Positions 20,796-29,781 of a DNA stretch of 33,576 nucleotides are shown in pieces. Location of the stretch: positions 57,813 to 91,388 of the forward strand of contig JAYOTF010000009.1 of NCBI GenBank assembly GCA_038150265.1, in the 5' to 3' direction. The notes under the pieces were generated by a model that did not search any database, was not told the origin of the DNA, and saw only the letters and a list, made by a program, of their open reading frames with translations. The translations under genes were made by a program, and so were the position numbers. Within the stretch, counting starts at the first letter, position 1; each line of letters begins with the position of its first letter. Source of the stretch: Deltaproteobacteria bacterium. Its GTDB lineage: Bacteria > SAR324 > NAC60-12.

Positions 20796-21836
20796 TTACA
20801 CCTGAAAAGAAGAAACCGGACGCTGTCGCGGAGCCGTGTAGTCGCGCATGCGGGCCAGCACATCGACCCCCAGTTGCTGATAAACGTCCATCAGGTCCAC
20901 GAGCACCCAGTTTTCCCGGATCTTTCCGGCTTCGAGTCGCCAGAAGTCGAGGCTCCGCAGGGTGAGCGGTTGTCCGGCAGGAGCGATGCCGAGCCAGCCG
21001 TCGTCGGTGAGGGTCTGGCGCATGTTGGGCCACCCGGTGACCGCCACGTATGGGCCTTCTGCAAAGAAGTGAGACACGAGGCCATCCGCATGCTGCCCAC
21101 GGTCGGGCATGGCCTTGAGGAACGGAATCTGGTGCCACCGACGAAATCCGGCAATTCCGCGTCCGGTTCCAATGCCTGCAGGGCCGTACCAGCTCATCCG
21201 GGGGTGCCAGAATCTTTCCAGCTCCATCACTTCGGGCCCTCCCTCAGCGGGGTGCCGGACCATGGCGGTGAGCATGTCGAGGACGGTTTGCCGAGACGTG
21301 GCGCTGGCTTCCGGAGTCGCCTCCAGGCAAAGCCCATCCTGCGTGGCGGGTCCGGGAACCTGCCACTCACGTCCCAGGCTTGGGGCGAGGGGCCATGCTT
21401 GCGCCTGCAGCATCACCTCCGGAAGGTCCCAGAGCGCCTGGACCTCATGCACCTGTCCGTTGAGGATCCGGTAAAACTCATGAAAGCGCATCGCCACCTG
21501 GTGTCCGGTGGGCGGGATGTCCCACCACGGCGCCTGGAAGGTTCCGGTGTAGAAGCCACAACAGCCCACCCAGTTGTCCCCGGCTTCTGTGGTGCCGGCA
21601 AGGACGATGGTCTCCCGGCGTTCCAGGTCTGGCCAGGCGGCGGCCAGGGGAGCCCAGGCGTGAGCATAAAAGGCCTCCGGACCGCTCATTTCAGGATACG
21701 GGTGCCCCAGCTGGACGGATGCCTGCGGAGCCAGCAGGTCCTGGAGCGCTTGCTGAACCGCAGCGGCCTCAAAGTCGTAGAGCGCTTTCCGGAGGGGGAG
21801 CAGGCGGGCTTTCAGGTCGGCAGGTGAGGGGCTCAT
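20796..21836 (-). CDS. Tandem SnoaL/NTF2-like (ester cyclase family) protein, 346 aa
   Basis: AWPDLERR...DIPPTGHQVAMRFHEFY; WYGPAGIG; GIAPAG..LRSLDFWRLEAGKIRENWVLVDL. Paralogue of the downstream gene. Confidence 0.88.
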   Translation of the reverse strand: MSPSPADLKARLLPLRKALYDFEAAAVQQALQDLLAPQASVQLGHPYPEMSGPEAFYAHAWAPLAAAWPDLERRETIVLAGTTEAGDNWVGCCGFYTGTFQAPWWDIPPTGHQVAMRFHEFYRILNGQVHEVQALWDLPEVMLQAQAWPLAPSLGREWQVPGPATQDGLCLEATPEASATSRQTVLDMLTAMVRHPAEGGPEVMELERFWHPRMSWYGPAGIGTGRGIAGFRRWHQIPFLKAMPDRGQHADGLVSHFFAEGPYVAVTGWPNMRQTLTDDGWLGIAPAGQPLTLRSLDFWRLEAGKIRENWVLVDLMDVYQQLGVDVLARMRDYTAPRQRPVSSFQV

Positions 21837-22375
21837 GCGCCCTCCGGGGCATCTGGACGAGGTGGCCGACGTTCGCCCCGGTCAAAGGCTTCCCAGCCGT
21901 GTCCGTTGAAGGGGTCCACTCCCAGCTGCTGCATGACGTGCGGGAAATCGACCATCACCCAGTTGTCGACAATCTTCCCGTCCTGCACCTTCCAGAAGTC
22001 CATGTAGCGGATTTCCACGCGTTTGCCGGTGGGAGCGATGCCCATGAACTCGCCGCTGTGGGTGGCTTCCTGCCGACCAAAGGCGGCCATCCACTCCCCT
22101 TCGGCAAGGCGAGCCTCATCGATGCAGACCTTGTTGGAGAAGGCGGCCTGAAACGGACGCTGCCAGTTTTCCTGAAACGCCCGGAGCCCGTGCTTGGTGC
22201 CGCATCCGGCGTTCCCCATCCAGCGGAATGACTCGTGGAAGAAGCGCCCCATGCCGTCGATGTCATGGTCGTTGAGGCCATCCACCATGGCTTCCACCAC
22301 TGCCCGAGTCTGCTCCGTTTTCCGGCGGTCGTTGTCTTGTGTCAAAGCCGCCTGAGGCGGACGTGATCCCTTCAT
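21833..22375 (-). CDS. Single-domain SnoaL-like ester cyclase family protein
   Basis: ATHSGEFMGIAPTGKRVEIRYMDFWKVQDGKIVDNWVMVDF is the canonical SnoaL-like cyclase motif. AGGAG RBS 5 nt before ATG 22375. Confidence 0.88.
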   Translation of the reverse strand: MKGSRPPQAALTQDNDRRKTEQTRAVVEAMVDGLNDHDIDGMGRFFHESFRWMGNAGCGTKHGLRAFQENWQRPFQAAFSNKVCIDEARLAEGEWMAAFGRQEATHSGEFMGIAPTGKRVEIRYMDFWKVQDGKIVDNWVMVDFPHVMQQLGVDPFNGHGWEAFDRGERRPPRPDAPEGA

Positions 22376-22457
22376 GATGGCTCCTGAAACGGAAGCGGGG
22401 GCCAGGAACCTTCCCCAACCCACCCACTCCCCAAAATGCGTGACGTGCAGAAAAATC

Positions 22458-22485
22458 TTGCCATGAGGCAAGGGCTCCGTAAAGT
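22458..22485 (+). promoter_or_regulatory. Putative sigma70 promoter for the rightward ABC/catabolic operon
   Basis: TTGCCA (22458-22463), 16-nt spacer, TAAAGT (22480-22485), immediately upstream of operator O1. Confidence 0.4.
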
Positions 22486-22492
22486 TGTGTTT

Positions 22493-22506
22493 TGAATACG
22501 TTTGCA
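22493..22506. promoter_or_regulatory. LacI-family operator O1
   Basis: TGAATACGTTTGCA, an imperfect palindrome with a central CG typical of LacI/GalR operators. Confidence 0.7.
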
Positions 22507-22549
22507 ATGCAAGGCAAAACCTTGTTTCGTGGGAAAGACGGTGTGTGGT

Positions 22550-22563
22550 CGCAAACGTATGCA
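22550..22563. promoter_or_regulatory. LacI-family operator O2
   Basis: CGCAAACGTATGCA, 12/14 identical to the reverse complement of O1 (TGCAAACGTATTCA). Confidence 0.7.
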
Positions 22564-22644
22564 AGCGCAGAGGAGCGGGGGGAAGCTCCGCGTGTCAATG
22601 ATCCATCAGACGCCGGTAAGGGCGTCGTCACTAGGAGAAGAGCG

Positions 22645-23886
22645 ATGATGAAGATGATGATGAAGGGCGCCCTGGCGGTGACCGGACTGGTGGCCTCTGC
22701 CTCCATGGCATCAGCAGGGTGTGGCATTTCCGGAGGATCGGTGCAGGTGCTGGCCAACGACTTCCCGGCGCTGCACGCCGTGGTGTCGGAAGCTGAAGCG
22801 TGCGCGGGCAACGGGGTGACCTTCACGAAGAACCACACGGCCGAGCACAAGGACCTGCAGGTTCCGGCGCTGACGACGAACCCGGCCAAGTACACCACGG
22901 TGCTGGTGGCAAACGGCACGCTGGTGCCACTGCTGAACGACAACCTGGTCCGTCCGCTGGATGCGCTGGTCGCCCAGCACGGCCAGGGCCTGAAGAAGAG
23001 CCAGCTCATCACCATTGACGGGCAGGTTATGGCGGTGGCCTTCATGGCCAATGCCCAGCACCTCTTCTACCGCGACGACATCCTCAAGGCGGCCGGCGTA
23101 GGCGTGCCGAAGAGTTATGAGGAGGTGGTGGCTGCGGCCAAGGCGATTCAGGACAAGGGCCTGATGAAGTACCCGTTGGCCGGGACCTTCAAGGCCGGTT
23201 GGAACCTGGGGGAGGAGTTTGTGAACATGTACCTCGGTTATGGCGGGGAGTTCTTTGCGTCGGGCTCGGCGGCTCCCGCGATCAACAATGCCAAGGGGGT
23301 GGCCACGCTGGAGATGATGAAGTCGCTGACGGATTACATGAATCCGGACTTTCTGACGTATGACTCCAACTCCGTGCAAGCCGAGTGGGAAGCCGGAAAC
23401 GTCGCCATGACGAACCTCTGGGCCTCCCGGATTGGGGCGGTGCTGGACAACGAAGGCTCAACGCCGGCTGTGGTGCAGGCGACCCGTTTTGCGGGGGCTC
23501 CGACGGTGGGAGGCGGCTCCATTCCGGCCACGACGCTGTGGTGGGACGGCTTCACCATTGCGCGGAACATCTCGGATGCGGATGCCGAGGCGTCCTTCCG
23601 GGCGATGATGAATGGCGTCTCTGCCAAGATGGCCAATGCTCATGCGGATGCCGCGACCTGGCTCATTGAGGGCTACGAGCCCGGAGCCACCTCTCAGGGC
23701 ATCCTCGATTCTGCCAGCGGAGGCGCCCAGCCGTACCCGATGGTGCCGTACATGGGGCTCATGCACACCGCCCTCGGCAACGAGCTGGTTGAGTTCTTCC
23801 AGGGCTCCGAGAGTGCCGAGAAGGCTCTGGCTGATGTCGAAGCTGCCTACACCGTGGCAGCCCGGGAAGCCGGCTTCCTGAAGTAA
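22645..23886 (+). CDS. Carbohydrate-type (CUT1) ABC transporter substrate-binding protein
   Basis: AGGAG RBS, signal peptide (..ASMASA), NAQHLFYRDDILKAAGVGVPKSYEEV and TTLWWDGF motifs; followed by two permeases. Confidence 0.9.
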   Translation: MMKMMMKGALAVTGLVASASMASAGCGISGGSVQVLANDFPALHAVVSEAEACAGNGVTFTKNHTAEHKDLQVPALTTNPAKYTTVLVANGTLVPLLNDNLVRPLDALVAQHGQGLKKSQLITIDGQVMAVAFMANAQHLFYRDDILKAAGVGVPKSYEEVVAAAKAIQDKGLMKYPLAGTFKAGWNLGEEFVNMYLGYGGEFFASGSAAPAINNAKGVATLEMMKSLTDYMNPDFLTYDSNSVQAEWEAGNVAMTNLWASRIGAVLDNEGSTPAVVQATRFAGAPTVGGGSIPATTLWWDGFTIARNISDADAEASFRAMMNGVSAKMANAHADAATWLIEGYEPGATSQGILDSASGGAQPYPMVPYMGLMHTALGNELVEFFQGSESAEKALADVEAAYTVAAREAGFLK

Positions 23887-23922
23887 CCTCTCCATCGAAG
23901 GGGGCTCGGCTCGGCTGGGCCC

Positions 23923-23943
23923 TCCTCCGGAGCTTCCGGAGGA
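23923..23943 (+). other. Intercistronic hairpin after the SBP gene
   Basis: TCCTCCGGA-GCT-TCCGGAGGA, a 9-bp stem. Such hairpins are common after SBP genes for differential mRNA stability. Confidence 0.45.
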
Positions 23944-23959
23944 CCTTCCGGGTTGCCTC

Positions 23960-24982
23960 ATGCCGCACAAGACGTTCTTCTGGTTCATCCTCCCTTCTGC
24001 CTTGGCGATGACGCTGTTCATCGCGCTCCCCATTGTTTCGGTGCTGGTGCAGTCGTTCTATGTGGAGCACGAACGGGTCTTCAAGGAAGTGGAAAACTGC
24101 ACCCCGTTCAGCTGCAAAACGGAGCTTCAGGTGGACGCCGAGGCCACGGCTGCCCTGGAAGCTGCCGAGCCGCTGGGCCGCTTCAACGGCTGGGGCACCT
24201 ACCTCAACCGCCGGCACCTTGCTGTGGAAGAGGTGGGGCAGGCCTGGGCGGAGCGGGCATCCCTCCCGGACTTTCTGGCAGCGCTTTACAACCTCCCGTT
24301 TTACAAAGCCCTCGCCTTCACCCTCACGTACCTGCTTGCCGTCACCCCGCTGGTGATCCTGCTGGGCTTTGCCATTGCCCTGGGCGTCAATGCGCTCCCG
24401 GGGCTGTTCAAGGGACCCGTGATCTTCTTTTCCCTGCTCCCGATGGTCATCACGCCCCTGATTGGCTCCCTGATTCTCTTCTGGATGATTGATGCCCGGG
24501 GCATCCTGGGTTCCCTGATCCAGACCCTGTGGGAAGATCCGGACCTTTCGCTGAAGGCCTCTCCGGTGCTGACGTGGGTCATGCTCATGGTTTACGGAGT
24601 CTGGCATTCGGCGCCATTTGCCTTTGTCGTGTTCTACGCTGGGCTGCAGACGGTGCCGCAGGACACGCTGGAGTCTGCAATGATCGACGGCGCCACCCGC
24701 TGGGAGCGCACCCGGTACGTGGTGCTGCCCTACCTGATGCCGTTGGTGATCTTTGTGACGCTGATGCAGCTGATGGACAACTTCCGGGTCTTTGAGCCGG
24801 TGGTGGGCTTCTCGGCACAGGCGAGCGCCACGTCGCTGAGCTGGATGATCTTCAATGACCTGCGTCAGGAGGTGCAGCTCTTTGGCTCGGCAGCCGCGAC
24901 TTCGGTCCTGACGATTGTGGGGGTCATCATCTTGCTGATGCCGGTCCTGATCCGGACCTGGAAGCAGTTCCACCAGAAGTAA
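23960..24982 (+). CDS. Carbohydrate ABC transporter permease (MalF/UgpA-like)
   Basis: Multiple TM helices and the EAA loop GLQTVPQDTLESAMIDGATRWER. Confidence 0.93.
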   Translation: MPHKTFFWFILPSALAMTLFIALPIVSVLVQSFYVEHERVFKEVENCTPFSCKTELQVDAEATAALEAAEPLGRFNGWGTYLNRRHLAVEEVGQAWAERASLPDFLAALYNLPFYKALAFTLTYLLAVTPLVILLGFAIALGVNALPGLFKGPVIFFSLLPMVITPLIGSLILFWMIDARGILGSLIQTLWEDPDLSLKASPVLTWVMLMVYGVWHSAPFAFVVFYAGLQTVPQDTLESAMIDGATRWERTRYVVLPYLMPLVIFVTLMQLMDNFRVFEPVVGFSAQASATSLSWMIFNDLRQEVQLFGSAAATSVLTIVGVIILLMPVLIRTWKQFHQK

Positions 24983-24989
24983 GGAGCCC

Positions 24990-25871
24990 ATGGACACACA
25001 GGCAACCCGTCTTGGCCCCACCGCCCGCTTCCTGGCCTTTGCCGGAGTGACGATCTGGCTCGTGGTCGCCGCATTTCCGTTTCTGTGGACGCTTTGGGGA
25101 TCGTTCAAGGTGCAGGGCGATTTCTTTTCCAAAGCTGATTGGCGAAACGCGCTTTACGGAGTGTTGACGATTGCCGAAACCGGAGGGCCGTTCACCCTCA
25201 ATGGCTACTTTGGCGCCTGGGTGGAGCAGGAATTCTGGCGGGCGGTGCTCAACACGGTGTGGGTAACGGGCTCAGTGGTGGTGCTGTCGCTGACCATGGG
25301 GACGCTGGGCGGTTACGCCCTGGCGCGTTCGTCGTCGCGCTACACGTTCTGGATCCTCATCACGGCGCTGGTGTTCCGGGCGATGCCGCACATCACGCTG
25401 GTGTCAGGGTACCTGCTGCCCTTCTTCAAGCTCAACCTGTGGGGGCACCTCTCCACCACCATCATTGTGCTGGTGGCCATCAATCAGCCGTTCACGCTGT
25501 GGATGCTGCACTCCTTCTTCCTCAGCATTCCGAAGGAACTGGACGAAAGTGCGCTCATGGACGGCTGCAACCGCTTGCAGGCGTTCTGGCACATCATCAT
25601 CCCGGTGATGTGGCCCGGAGTGATCACGACCGGACTCTTCAGCTTCCTGCTCGCTTACAACGACTTCGCCGTGACATCGATGCTGCTGAGTCAGGAGAAC
25701 CAGACGATGATCCCGAAGATTGCGAGCTTTCTGGGGACCACGCAGGTGGAGGGAAACGTCATGTTTGCCGTGTCAGCCGTCGTCTCGGCGACGGTCCCCA
25801 TTTTCATCCTTGTGATGCTCTTTCAGCGCCAGATCGTGAGTGGCCTCACGGCAGGCGCGGTGAAGGGATAA
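24990..25871 (+). CDS. Carbohydrate ABC transporter permease (MalG/UgpE-like)
   Basis: EAA loop SIPKELDESALMDGCNRLQAF and C-terminal QRQIVSGLTAGAVKG. Confidence 0.94.
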   Translation: MDTQATRLGPTARFLAFAGVTIWLVVAAFPFLWTLWGSFKVQGDFFSKADWRNALYGVLTIAETGGPFTLNGYFGAWVEQEFWRAVLNTVWVTGSVVVLSLTMGTLGGYALARSSSRYTFWILITALVFRAMPHITLVSGYLLPFFKLNLWGHLSTTIIVLVAINQPFTLWMLHSFFLSIPKELDESALMDGCNRLQAFWHIIIPVMWPGVITTGLFSFLLAYNDFAVTSMLLSQENQTMIPKIASFLGTTQVEGNVMFAVSAVVSATVPIFILVMLFQRQIVSGLTAGAVKG

Positions 25872-25895
25872 CCCATTTGATTCAAGGGAACAGCC

Positions 25896-26597
25896 ATGAG
25901 TGAGCCCCTTCATTCTGAAGAATTGCTGGCGCACCTGCGTCAGTTTGACACGCCGACCATCTGCAATGCTCTGGAGCTGGTGAGTCCGAATTACCGGACC
26001 ACGGGCTTCACGACCCGGCAGCTGGTCTGCGCTCGTCCGGAACTGCCTCCGATGGTGGGGTATGCCCGTACCGCGACCATCCGGGCCACGCATCCGGTGG
26101 ACCCGCAACGCAAGCGCGAGAACGCGCTGCGCTATTACGAATACTGCGCTCAGCCGCCGCTTCCAACCATCATTGTGGTGCAGGACCTGGACGCGACCCC
26201 AGGCTTTGGAGCACACTGGGGCGAGGTTCACTCCAACGTCCACCAGGCACTGGGGGCGCTGGGCGCGGTCACGAACGGCAGCATCCGGGACCTCGATGTG
26301 CTGGCAGATGGCTTTCAGCTGCTTGGGGGACAGGTGGGCCCGAGCCACGGGTGGGTGCATGTGGAAGACTCCGGAGTGGAGGTGAACATCTTCGGCATGC
26401 AGGTTCGCCACAACGACCTGCTTCACGCCGACCGACACGGCGCCGTGGTGATTCCTCATGAGGCCGCTGAGCAACTTCCGGCGTGCATTGACCTGCTGAC
26501 CCGCCGCGAACAGGTCATTCTGGAAGCCTGCCAGCGTGCTGATTTTTCCGTGGAGGTGCTGCGGGAGGCCATGAGCCAGTCCGCCGACCTTCACTAA
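25896..26597 (+). CDS. RraA/HMG-CHA aldolase family protein
   Basis: FDTPTICNAL, MVGYART, WGEVH, GAVTNGSIRDL and DLLHADRHGAVVIP motifs. Confidence 0.88.
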   Translation: MSEPLHSEELLAHLRQFDTPTICNALELVSPNYRTTGFTTRQLVCARPELPPMVGYARTATIRATHPVDPQRKRENALRYYEYCAQPPLPTIIVVQDLDATPGFGAHWGEVHSNVHQALGALGAVTNGSIRDLDVLADGFQLLGGQVGPSHGWVHVEDSGVEVNIFGMQVRHNDLLHADRHGAVVIPHEAAEQLPACIDLLTRREQVILEACQRADFSVEVLREAMSQSADLH

Positions 26598-26666
26598 CGC
26601 CTCCGGAGCGAGGTGGCTCCGGACCCGACCCTCATTTTTGACCTGCTTCAATCAGGAGTCTGTTTC

Positions 26667-27977
26667 ATGGCAATTGAATACCTCAAGCACGGCAAGAGCG
26701 CTGAGGCGCGTGCCGAAGACGATGCCCAGGTGCAGAACACCGTTTCCCAGATCCTTCAGGACATCGAGGACCGGGGCGATGGGGCGATCCGGGAGCTTTC
26801 AGCCCGGTTTGATGGCTACGCTCCGGAACACTTTCGGCTGAGTGAGGCCGAGATTGAAGCGGCGGTGGCCAAGGTCAGCGCCCGGGATCTGGACGACATC
26901 CGCTTTGCGCAGGATCAGATCCGGCGCTTTGCCGAAGCCCAGAAGGCGGCGCTGCAGGACATCGAGGTGGAGACGCTTCCGGGAGTCATCCTCGGGCACC
27001 GGAACATCCCGGTGCAGTCGGTGGGCTGTTACGTCCCTGGTGGGAAGTTCCCGATGATTGCTTCGGCCCACATGTCGGTCCTGACGGCATCGGTGGCTGG
27101 CGTGCCCCGGATCATTGCCGCTGCGCCTCCGGTCAATGGCGAACCGCACCCGGCCATTGTGGCTGCGATGCACCTGGGGGGTGCCCATGAGATTTACGTC
27201 CTCGGTGGGGTGCAGGCCGTGGGAGCAATGGCGCTGGGAACCGAATCCATCCGTCCGGTGGACATGCTGGTGGGGCCCGGAAACGCCTATGTCGCAGAGG
27301 CCAAGCGCCAGCTGTTTGGACGGGTTGGAATCGACCTCTTTGCCGGGCCGACCGAGACGATGGTGATTGCCGATGAGACGGTGGATGCCGAGATGTGTGC
27401 CACCGATCTGCTGGGGCAGGCGGAGCATGGTTACAACTCGCCGGCCGTGCTGGTGACCAACAGCCGGGCGCTGGCGGAGGGCACGCTGCAGGAAGTGGAG
27501 CGCCTGCTGACCATTTTGCCAACCGCTGAAACCGCTGCCGCCAGCTGGCGGGACTACGGAGAGGTGATCCTCTGTGGCACCCACGACGAGATGCTGGAGG
27601 TGGCCAACGACATTGCCTCGGAGCATGTGCAGGTGATGACCGACCGGGATGACTGGTACCTCGAGCACATGCACTCCTACGGCGCCCTCTTCCTGGGCCC
27701 CCGGACCAATGTTTCCAATGGGGACAAGGTGATTGGCACCAACCACACCCTGCCCACCAAAAAAGCCGGACGCTACACCGGTGGCCTGTGGGTGGGGAAG
27801 TTCCTCAAGACGCACAGCTACCAGAAGGTCCTCACCGACGAAGCCGCCACGCTTGTGGGCGAGTATGGATCACGACTGTGCATGCTGGAAGGCTTTGTGG
27901 GGCATGCGGAGCAGTGCAACCTCCGGGTGCGCCGCTACGGCCAGAAAGACGTCCCCTACGGAGCCGCCGCGGAATGA
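26667..27977 (+). CDS. Histidinol-dehydrogenase paralogue (HpsN/sulfopropanediol dehydrogenase-like clade), substrate unknown
   Basis: [55 protein letters not shown] and EGFVGH motifs. It has GDK instead of the HisD GDY, and no his genes are nearby. Confidence 0.85.
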   Translation: MAIEYLKHGKSAEARAEDDAQVQNTVSQILQDIEDRGDGAIRELSARFDGYAPEHFRLSEAEIEAAVAKVSARDLDDIRFAQDQIRRFAEAQKAALQDIEVETLPGVILGHRNIPVQSVGCYVPGGKFPMIASAHMSVLTASVAGVPRIIAAAPPVNGEPHPAIVAAMHLGGAHEIYVLGGVQAVGAMALGTESIRPVDMLVGPGNAYVAEAKRQLFGRVGIDLFAGPTETMVIADETVDAEMCATDLLGQAEHGYNSPAVLVTNSRALAEGTLQEVERLLTILPTAETAAASWRDYGEVILCGTHDEMLEVANDIASEHVQVMTDRDDWYLEHMHSYGALFLGPRTNVSNGDKVIGTNHTLPTKKAGRYTGGLWVGKFLKTHSYQKVLTDEAATLVGEYGSRLCMLEGFVGHAEQCNLRVRRYGQKDVPYGAAAE

Positions 27978-28744
27978 GTCTGGTGCTTCCTCAAACGCCC
28001 TCGTTTCGTCTGGAGGGCAAGCGAGCCCTGGTGACAGGCGCATCGTCCGGAATCGGACTGGCGTGCGCGGTGGCGGTGGCGCGCGCCGGTGCGTCGGTCA
28101 CGCTGGTGGCCCGCCGTTGGGAACCCCTGCAGGCGCTCCAGGAGGCGCTTCAGGCGGAAGCCCTGTCTGCCACAGCCCAGGCGTTGGATGTGACGGACCT
28201 CGAGGCCGTCCGGACGTGGCTTGAGGAGCAGCCTCCGTTTGACATCCTGGTCAATTCGGCCGGGCTCGCCCGGCACACGCCGGCGCTGGAAACGCTTCCG
28301 GACGACTATGACGCGGTGATGGACCTGAACCTCCGGGCCGCCTACTTCCTCACCCGAGAGGTCGCCCGGCACCTCAAAAACGCGGGACGGCCCGGCAGCC
28401 TCATCAATGTCTCCAGCCAAATGGGACACGTCGGAGGCGTGGACCGAGCGGTTTACTGTGCCTCGAAGCATGGGCTGGAGGGCATGACCAAGGCCATGGC
28501 GATTGAGTGGGGACCCGTGGGAATCCGGGTCAACACGGTGTGCCCGACGTTCATCCGGACCCCGCTGGCCGAACAGACGCTGGCGATTCCGGAACGCCGA
28601 CGCTGGATTGAGCAGATGATCAAGCTGGGGCGAGTCGGGGAAGTGGAAGACGTCATGGGGCCCGTCGTCTTTTTGGCCTCTGAGGCGGCGGCGCTGGTGA
28701 CCGGAACCTCGCTGCTGGTGGACGGCGGCTGGACGGCAGACTGA
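27974..28744 (+). CDS. Short-chain dehydrogenase/reductase
   Basis: [20 protein letters not shown] and DGGW motifs; ATGA overlap with the upstream stop. Confidence 0.93.
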   Translation: MSLVLPQTPSFRLEGKRALVTGASSGIGLACAVAVARAGASVTLVARRWEPLQALQEALQAEALSATAQALDVTDLEAVRTWLEEQPPFDILVNSAGLARHTPALETLPDDYDAVMDLNLRAAYFLTREVARHLKNAGRPGSLINVSSQMGHVGGVDRAVYCASKHGLEGMTKAMAIEWGPVGIRVNTVCPTFIRTPLAEQTLAIPERRRWIEQMIKLGRVGEVEDVMGPVVFLASEAAALVTGTSLLVDGGWTAD

Positions 28745-28752
28745 GCGCACGC

Positions 28753-29781
28753 ATGGGCATGGAACGAATCACCTCTGCCGATGTGGCCCGGCTTGCGGGG
28801 GTCAGTCAATCGGCCGTCAGCCGCGTCTTCACGCCGGGGGCGAGTGCCTCTGAAGAGATGATCCTCAAGGTCCGGGAAGCCGCCCAGAAACTGGGGTACC
28901 GTCCGAACATCGTCGCGCGCTCCCTCATCACGGGGCGGACCCGGATGGTGGGGCTGGTGGTGGCGTATCTGGAAAACCAGTTCTACCCGGAGGCGCTGGA
29001 ACGCCTCAGCCTGGCGTTGCAGAAGCAGGGCTACCACGTCCTCATTTTCATGGCCTCCAACCAGGAAGCCGGCGTCGATGCCGTGATTCAGCAGCTGCTG
29101 GACTACCAGGTCGATGGCATCATCGCCGCCTCGGTTTCCATGAGCAATCCGTTGACCACGCGCTGCGACACCGCCGGCATTCCGGTCGTCCTCTTCAACC
29201 GTGGGCAGGAAGACCGCCGCCTCAACGAGGTGACTTCCGACAACGTCTTGGGGGGACAGCGGGTTGCCGAGTTTCTGGTGGCTGGTGGGCACCAGCGCAT
29301 CGCTCACATCGCAGGCTGGCAGGGGGCTTCCACCGGACGTGACCGCGCTGAAGGATTCCTGCAGGGGCTGCGGTTGGCAGGGCGGGAGCCGGTTGCCGTT
29401 ATTGATGGCCTCTACAAGCAAGAGGCCGCGGTCCGGGCAGCAGCCGAACTGTTTGACAGCGCCGAGCCTCCGGATGCGCTCTTTGTCGGCAACGACCACA
29501 TGGCCTTTGCGGTGATGGACTACCTGCGGTATGAGCGCGGACTCTCCATTCCGGAACAGGTGTCCATCATTGGCTACGACGACGTCCCGCTGGCCGCGTG
29601 GGCGCCTTATCAACTGACGACGGTGCAGCAGCCCCTTGAGCAGATGGTCTCCACGACGGTGGAGACGCTGCTGGGCCGCATCGATGGCACCACCCAGGCA
29701 CCCCAGAAGGTGCGGCTCGAAGGACCACTGGTGGTCCGCCGCTCTGCTCGAATTCCTCAGGAGGACCATGCACGGCTTTGA
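28753..29781 (+). CDS. LacI-family transcriptional regulator
   Basis: TSADVARLAGVSQSAVSRVF HTH, LGYRPN hinge, and IIGYDD...LTTVQQP in the sugar-binding domain. Confidence 0.96.
   Translation: MGMERITSADVARLAGVSQSAVSRVFTPGASASEEMILKVREAAQKLGYRPNIVARSLITGRTRMVGLVVAYLENQFYPEALERLSLALQKQGYHVLIFMASNQEAGVDAVIQQLLDYQVDGIIAASVSMSNPLTTRCDTAGIPVVLFNRGQEDRRLNEVTSDNVLGGQRVAEFLVAGGHQRIAHIAGWQGASTGRDRAEGFLQGLRLAGREPVAVIDGLYKQEAAVRAAAELFDSAEPPDALFVGNDHMAFAVMDYLRYERGLSIPEQVSIIGYDDVPLAAWAPYQLTTVQQPLEQMVSTTVETLLGRIDGTTQAPQKVRLEGPLVVRRSARIPQEDHARL

Noticed and set aside
19774..22375. Polyketide biosynthetic cluster suggested by SnoaL 'cyclases'
   Set aside because: There are no PKS, ACP or tailoring genes; the importer plus LacI indicates catabolism.
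19774..22564. ORF-track extended starts (21138, 22564; likewise 22492, 26613, 27788, 29636, 30549, 18359, 6432, 10860)
   Set aside because: The extensions overlap neighbouring genes or promoters; downstream ATGs with an RBS or stop-start coupling fit better.
22645..22665. ATGATGAAG-type repeat (MMKMMMK) at the SBP start as a phase-variation tract
   Set aside because: It is an in-frame triplet-based repeat, so slippage would not shift frame; it only makes the start codon ambiguous.
26667..27977. Calling this gene hisD (histidine biosynthesis) or hpsN
   Set aside because: The GDK motif and catabolic context argue against hisD; an hpsN assignment cannot be supported without phylogeny or assay.
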